The position numbers and the translations under genes are program-made. A stretch of 29,840 nucleotides of DNA from an uncultured Bacteroidota bacterium (GTDB lineage Bacteria; Bacteroidota; Bacteroidia; 2-12-FULL-35-15), in the NCBI GenBank assembly GCA_903889605.1, contig CAISYK010000953.1, positions 1 through 29,840 of the forward strand. Direction: 5' to 3'. Below are positions 25,329-29,840 of this stretch, piece by piece. The notes below the pieces were generated by a model. That model was not told where the DNA came from and ran no database searches. It saw only the letters and a list, made by a program, of their open reading frames with translations. Every line of letters begins with the position of its first letter. The stretch's first letter is position 1.

Positions 25329-26627
25329 ATGAAAAGAGAAAAATCAGAAGCTTTATTTGAAAAAGCAAAAACATATTTTCCCGGCGGAGTAAATTCGCCG
25401 GTTCGCGCATTCCGCTCTGTAGGGGGCGCTCCATTATTTATTGAACGAGGTAAAGGATACAATATTTGGGATGCTGATGGTAACGAATTCATCGATTTCT
25501 GCGGCTCCTGGGGACCGCTGATATTAGGGCATGCTAATGATAAAGTAAATGATGCTATAAAAAAAACAGTAGAAAAAGGATGCACATTTGGTGCACCTAC
25601 TGTATTGGAAAATGAGTTGGCGGAGTTAATTCTGAATAACAATAAATATATAAAAAAAATTCGTTTTGTAAGTTCCGGCACCGAAGCGGTTATGAGCGCA
25701 ATACGTTTGGCCCGCGGGTATACAAAACGAAATAAAATTTTAAAATTCGAAGGCTGCTATCACGGACACAGTGATTCACTTTTAGTAAAAGCCGGTTCAG
25801 GATTGGTAACATTCGGAAACTCATCATCAGCAGGCGTTCCGGAAAGTTTTGTAAATGAAACAATTGTTGTTTCATTAAATAATGAACAAGCTGTAAAACA
25901 AGCGTTCATTGATTTTAAAGACCAAATTGCCTGCATAATTATTGAGCCGATTCCAGCAAATAATGGTTTATTGCTGCAGCGGAAAGAGTATCTTCAGTTT
26001 CTGCGCGAAATATGTACCGAAAACAAAACGCTGCTGCTTTTTGATGAGGTGATAAGCGGTTTTCGTATTGGATTTACCGGCGCTGCAGGTTATTATGATA
26101 TTCAGCCTGATATTATAACTTATGGAAAAATTATCGGCGGAGGCCTGCCTGTTGGTATGTATGGGTCAAGCAATGAGATAATGAGCCATATTTCACCTGA
26201 CGGGAATGTATACCAAGCAGGAACATTGAGCGGAAACCCTGTTGCCATGGCAGCCGGCATTGCTCAGCTGACCGAATGTTTGAAACCAGGCTTTTACAAA
26301 GATTTGGAGAAAAAAAATACTGCATTTGTAAATGCATTGAATGATTACGCTGGCCTAAACCGCTACAGCTTTAAAGTGTTTTCTATAGGCTCCATTTTTT
26401 GGTTCGCTTTCACTGATGCTTTAAGCATACAGTCCGCTGAAGAGATTGTTCCTGACAGTATGAAATATTTTAAAATTCTGCACAAAGAATTGCTTGAAAG
26501 AGGAGTTTATATTGGACCTTCCGGCTATGAAGTAGGATTTGTTTCTGAAGCGCATACACCGGAAATATTGCAAGGTGTTCAGCGCGTAGTGATGGAATGT
26601 TTAGACATTGCGCTGAAACAACAATAA
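25329..26627 (+). CDS. hemL: Glutamate-1-semialdehyde 2,1-aminomutase
   Basis: PGGVNSPVRAF, SGTEAVMSAIRLARGYT, FEGCYHGHSD, FDEVISGFR, PLP-lysine motif GKIIGGGLP, GTLSGNPVAMAAG. Confidence 0.96.
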   Translation: MKREKSEALFEKAKTYFPGGVNSPVRAFRSVGGAPLFIERGKGYNIWDADGNEFIDFCGSWGPLILGHANDKVNDAIKKTVEKGCTFGAPTVLENELAELILNNNKYIKKIRFVSSGTEAVMSAIRLARGYTKRNKILKFEGCYHGHSDSLLVKAGSGLVTFGNSSSAGVPESFVNETIVVSLNNEQAVKQAFIDFKDQIACIIIEPIPANNGLLLQRKEYLQFLREICTENKTLLLFDEVISGFRIGFTGAAGYYDIQPDIITYGKIIGGGLPVGMYGSSNEIMSHISPDGNVYQAGTLSGNPVAMAAGIAQLTECLKPGFYKDLEKKNTAFVNALNDYAGLNRYSFKVFSIGSIFWFAFTDALSIQSAEEIVPDSMKYFKILHKELLERGVYIGPSGYEVGFVSEAHTPEILQGVQRVVMECLDIALKQQ

Positions 26628-26684
26628 TAATAAAATCCGATTATTTCAATTGATTAAATAACTGAAATATAACGATAACGCTTG

Positions 26685-26704
26685 ACCTGCCTGTGAGAGC
26701 AGGT
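26685..26704. other. Short GC-rich hairpin between hemL and rfbA
   Basis: ACCTGC-CTGTGAGA-GCAGGT. There is no U-tract, so it is not called a terminator. Confidence 0.25.
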
Positions 26705-26852
26705 AATTCTTAACTCAGCATAATTTAGGGAGCCGAAGTTGTGTTTATTCAAACAAAGCTATTCCTTAAGCCTATCCTTGAAGAGATATAGCAAAGCGAG
26801 TTCTTATTGTTAATTTCGGCATATAATAATATACCATTAATACCTGTTTTAA

Positions 26853-27716
26853 ATGAAAGGAATAATTTTAGCCGGAGGTTCTGGCACACGTCTGCATCCA
26901 TTAACACTTGCCGTTAGTAAGCAGTTAATGCCTATATATGACAAGCCAATGATATACTATCCGCTTTCTGTTTTAATGATGGCCGGGATCTCGGAGATAT
27001 TGATCATTTCTACCCCGCATGATTTACCGCATTTTGAGCGCTTGCTCGGTGATGGTAAAAGCCTTGGATGCAGTTTTTCTTATGCTGTTCAGGAAATCCC
27101 TAACGGGCTTGCACAAGCTTTTGTTATTGGTGAAAAATTTATTGGAAAAGATAAAGTAGCTTTGATTCTCGGAGATAATATTTTTTACGGTGCAGGTCTA
27201 GGCCGATTGCTTCAGCAGCATCAAAACCCTGAAGGCGGAGTTGTATTTGCATATCATGTGTCGGATCCTGAACGTTACGGCGTTGTTGAGTTTGATGAAA
27301 ACGGAAAGGCAATATCTATCGAAGAAAAACCGGTAAAACCAAAATCTAACTACGCAGTTCCAGGTTTGTATTTTTATGATAACAGCGTAATAGGAATTGC
27401 GAAGGATCTTAAACCAGGCCCGCGCGGGGAATATGAAATTACAGATGTAAATAAACATTATTTACTGCAGGGAAAATTAAAAGTTGGAATTATAGACAGA
27501 GGCACAGCATGGCTTGATACAGGGACATTTGCCTCGCTTATGCAGGCAGGTCAGTTTGTTCAGGTAATTGAGGAGCGCCAGGGCTTGCGTATTGGATGTA
27601 TAGAAGAAGTAGCTTACCGAATGAATTACATAAATAAGGAACAATTAAAAAAACTTGCGGTACCGTTAATGAAAAGCGGTTACGGCAATTATTTAATGAA
27701 ACTTGCAGAACAATAG
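26853..27716 (+). CDS. rfbA: Glucose-1-phosphate thymidylyltransferase (RmlA)
   Basis: [67 protein letters not shown]. Confidence 0.96.
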   Translation: MKGIILAGGSGTRLHPLTLAVSKQLMPIYDKPMIYYPLSVLMMAGISEILIISTPHDLPHFERLLGDGKSLGCSFSYAVQEIPNGLAQAFVIGEKFIGKDKVALILGDNIFYGAGLGRLLQQHQNPEGGVVFAYHVSDPERYGVVEFDENGKAISIEEKPVKPKSNYAVPGLYFYDNSVIGIAKDLKPGPRGEYEITDVNKHYLLQGKLKVGIIDRGTAWLDTGTFASLMQAGQFVQVIEERQGLRIGCIEEVAYRMNYINKEQLKKLAVPLMKSGYGNYLMKLAEQ

Positions 27717-27724
27717 TGCAAATA

Positions 27725-27855
27725 GGCAATTTTGCAATTTACATCCGGCAATTAATACAATTTGGCAATTCCGCGGCCGGCAATTGAAAACAATATTAAA
27801 TCAATTCTCAAATTTAACAGAGTAATTTAACAAACTCTAATTCGTAATTCGTATT
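27725..27855. repeat. Degenerate short (G)GCAATT / TAATTCG repeat cluster
   Basis: CAATT at 27727, 27735, 27749, 27758, 27766, 27781 and 27802, followed by TAATTCG twice at 27838-27851. Confidence 0.55.
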
Positions 27856-27858
27856 ACT

Positions 27859-28839
27859 TTGAATACTTTCATTGAATATCAGAAACAAATTGAGCAAGCA
27901 TTAAAAAACAAAAAATACGGCTCAAATCCCAAGGAACTATATGAACCTATTGAATATATTATGTCTTTAGGGGGTAAACGCCTGCGTCCGGTATTAGTAT
28001 TTGCTGGCTGCGGTTTTTTTGACGGGGATGTATCTAAGGCATTATATCCGGCATTAGCGGTTGAACTGTTTCACAACTTCTCATTGGTGCATGACGATAT
28101 TATGGATAAGGCGCCATTGCGTAGAAATAAAAGTACCGTTCATAAAAAGTGGAATGATAACGTTGCGATTTTAAGCGGTGACGCTATGCTTATAAAATCA
28201 TATCAGGAGCTTTGTAAATATGAAGGAGCGGTTCTTCCGCAGCTTTTGGAAATATTCAGCGATACGGCGGTTAAGGTATGTGAAGGTCAGCAGCAGGATA
28301 TGAACTATGAGCATATTCAAACGGTTACTATCGGGCAGTATTTAAAAATGATAGAATTAAAAACCGCTGTATTGCTTGGAGGGAGTCTTAAAATAGGAGC
28401 ATTAATTGGAGGCGCTGATGAAAAAAGTGCTCAAAACCTTTATAATTTCGGAAAACATATTGGTTTGGCATTTCAGCTGCAGGACGATATTTTAGATGTG
28501 TATGCCGATGCGGAAAAATTCGGGAAACAAAAAGGCGGAGACATTGCTGCAAACAAAAAAACGTATTTGCTTCTGAAAGCTGTTGAAATGGCAGAAGGCA
28601 ACCGCTATATGAAAGAAGAACTTCATCAGTGGATAAATGCCCCTCACTTTGATGAAAAAGAAAAAGTGGAAGCCGTAACTGCGATTTATAATTTTTTAAA
28701 TATTGCAGAACTTGCCCGCGCAGAAATGAAAAAACATTACAGTACAGCCCTTACATTCCTCAATGAAATACCCGCGGATGAAATAAAAAAACAACAGCTA
28801 ATAAATTTTGCCGACAGCTTGATGGTAAGAGAGGTGTGA
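27859..28839 (+). CDS. Polyprenyl diphosphate synthase (trans-prenyltransferase, probably short-chain FPP/GGPP)
   Basis: GGKRLRP, FARM HNFSLVHDDIMD..RR, GQQQDM, KTAVL, SARM FQLQDDILD, G.DI..NKKT; TTG start. Confidence 0.92.
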   Translation: MNTFIEYQKQIEQALKNKKYGSNPKELYEPIEYIMSLGGKRLRPVLVFAGCGFFDGDVSKALYPALAVELFHNFSLVHDDIMDKAPLRRNKSTVHKKWNDNVAILSGDAMLIKSYQELCKYEGAVLPQLLEIFSDTAVKVCEGQQQDMNYEHIQTVTIGQYLKMIELKTAVLLGGSLKIGALIGGADEKSAQNLYNFGKHIGLAFQLQDDILDVYADAEKFGKQKGGDIAANKKTYLLLKAVEMAEGNRYMKEELHQWINAPHFDEKEKVEAVTAIYNFLNIAELARAEMKKHYSTALTFLNEIPADEIKKQQLINFADSLMVREV

Positions 28840-28847
28840 AATAAAAG

Positions 28848-28952
28848 AGTCAGCTCCTGACTAACCTCCCCGAAAAGGCTAATTAGCCCAGCTATTGAGT
28901 TCCATTATATATTGACTTTGCCCCCCCCTTTTTTGGAGGATTGCTGCTGACT
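28848..28952. repeat. Composite imperfect inverted repeat filling a convergent intergenic gap; possible terminator or REP-like element
   Basis: Terminal AGTCAGC/GCTGACT, inner CCTCCCCGAAAAGG against CCTTTTTTGGAGG, internal GGCTAATTAGCC palindrome and a C8 tract. Confidence 0.4.
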
Positions 28953-28954
28953 TA

Positions 28955-29785
28955 TTAATCAACCTTAGCACAAGGGTTTGCCAGTCCTGAATATCCTGTT
29001 AATTCTGCTTTTATGGAACCTACCAACACGTCTGCCTGGCCTAGAATAGGAATGTGGTTTTTGTCGTCACTTATCCAAACATTCAAATCTTCTTCATGTT
29101 TAAATACGCGTCCTTTTTGAATAATAGGGCGGAATTTCAAACATTTGAAGGTTCCCAAAGCTGTCGTAATCGTTTCCCGGCCGATAAACTTTATTTTTAC
29201 CGGAAATATTTCTTTATCCACAAAAGTATTAACCAAGTAAACATCACCAGGCTTGGCACCAGAAAGATCCATTGTACGCGCGTTATAAAAAGCGGAAAGC
29301 ATATCCTGCATGTTTGGTCCGCTGTCGAATATTTGATTGTCTCCAACATTTACTTTTTCTTTATAGTGGTCAAAAACATAATCCTGACTGCATGTATAAC
29401 TGCCTTCTTGTATACGTCTTACAAATAACCATGGAACAATTGCCTTTTCATCAATATATGTTTCATAACGGTCGCGTACTTTAAAGAACCAGTCAAATGC
29501 ACCTTGAGATTTCCCTATACCTACAACGTGAAAAGTTTTTCGACCTCCTAGATCACGGGCTTCATCAGTTACTGCAAGAGTGGCTATTCCAGCCTCAATA
29601 ATGCCGTAACGCATTCTGAAAGTCAGCATTTCGCCGCGTTTAAAGGCTTCATTATTCAGTAAAGGAAGGTCTTTTACCGAACCATTATTTGCAATCTGCG
29701 GCATCTCTCTTCTATCGCTTTGAAATGATAGAAAACCTAGGCTTGCAATCATTACGACTGTTAATATTAATACATACTTTTTCAT
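28955..29785 (-). CDS. DUF3108 domain-containing exported protein
   Basis: N-terminal hydrophobic signal; F..GE.LTFR..YG...AG, FFKVRDRYETYID, QDMLSAFY..R, VWISDDKN.IP pattern typical of DUF3108. Confidence 0.82.
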   Translation of the reverse strand: MKKYVLILTVVMIASLGFLSFQSDRREMPQIANNGSVKDLPLLNNEAFKRGEMLTFRMRYGIIEAGIATLAVTDEARDLGGRKTFHVVGIGKSQGAFDWFFKVRDRYETYIDEKAIVPWLFVRRIQEGSYTCSQDYVFDHYKEKVNVGDNQIFDSGPNMQDMLSAFYNARTMDLSGAKPGDVYLVNTFVDKEIFPVKIKFIGRETITTALGTFKCLKFRPIIQKGRVFKHEEDLNVWISDDKNHIPILGQADVLVGSIKAELTGYSGLANPCAKVD

Positions 29786-29816
29786 AATATTTTGAATTAG
29801 TTACTATAATTAATGG

Positions 29817-29832
29817 GCAAATGCTATGCCAA
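29817..29832 (-). promoter_or_regulatory. Sigma54 (RpoN) -24/-12 promoter upstream of the DUF3108 gene
   Basis: The minus strand reads TTGGCATAGCATTTGC: TGGCA and TTGC with exact GG-N10-GC spacing. The predicted +1 near 29805 gives a leader of about 20 nt. Confidence 0.7.
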
Positions 29833-29840
29833 TTTTTAAA

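Noticed and set aside
25329-27716. A functional link between hemL and the CxxCH lipoprotein, or rfbA as part of a polysaccharide locus
   Set aside because: hemL is 6.5 kb away among unrelated housekeeping genes, and no rmlBCD or glycosyltransferase genes are present. The proximity is probably incidental.
25252-27777. Weak sigma54-like sites TGGCATAAATTATAC (25252) and TGGCAATTCCGCGGC (27763)
   Set aside because: The first lacks the -12 GC. The second lacks the TT and lies inside a repeat cluster.
15569-29484. Short overlapping ORFs inside addA, the S8 gene, the GEVED gene, the MmcQ/YjbR gene, hemL, rfbA and the DUF3108 gene
   Set aside because: They overlap well-supported genes and have no recognisable domains or signals.

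Overview
This is an AT-rich Bacteroidota chromosomal window, judged from four proteins with type A T9SS C-terminal sorting domains, TAnnTTTG promoter boxes and A-rich leaders without Shine-Dalgarno sites. The left 24 kb is mostly secreted surface proteins. A T9SS zinc metalloprotease (187-1350, -) is divergent from a 4315-aa T9SS repeat protein (1708-14655, +). An AddA-like helicase-nuclease (-) follows, then a co-oriented run of a small lipoprotein with two CxxCH motifs, a T9SS subtilase and a T9SS protein with three Ig-like+GEVED dyads. The right 6 kb is housekeeping: ybeY, an MmcQ/YjbR gene, hemL, rfbA, a polyprenyl synthase and a DUF3108 gene with a sigma54-type promoter. I saw no rRNA, tRNA, CRISPR array or transposase. 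The strongest unexplained signals are in the giant protein. (1) Across all 23 junctions of its 24 N-terminal repeats, a Cys in one domain co-occurs perfectly with a partner Cys in the next, which suggests programmed inter-domain disulfide staples and hinges. (2) The repeats form a 7-domain super-repeat. (3) A 230-aa domain is inserted inside one repeat and is homologous to the N-terminal domain of the GEVED protein encoded 8 kb downstream. Also notable are a palindromic element with a G9 tract translated in-frame inside addA, and the di-heme lipoprotein. All family assignments come from motifs read by eye; no database search or structure prediction was run.
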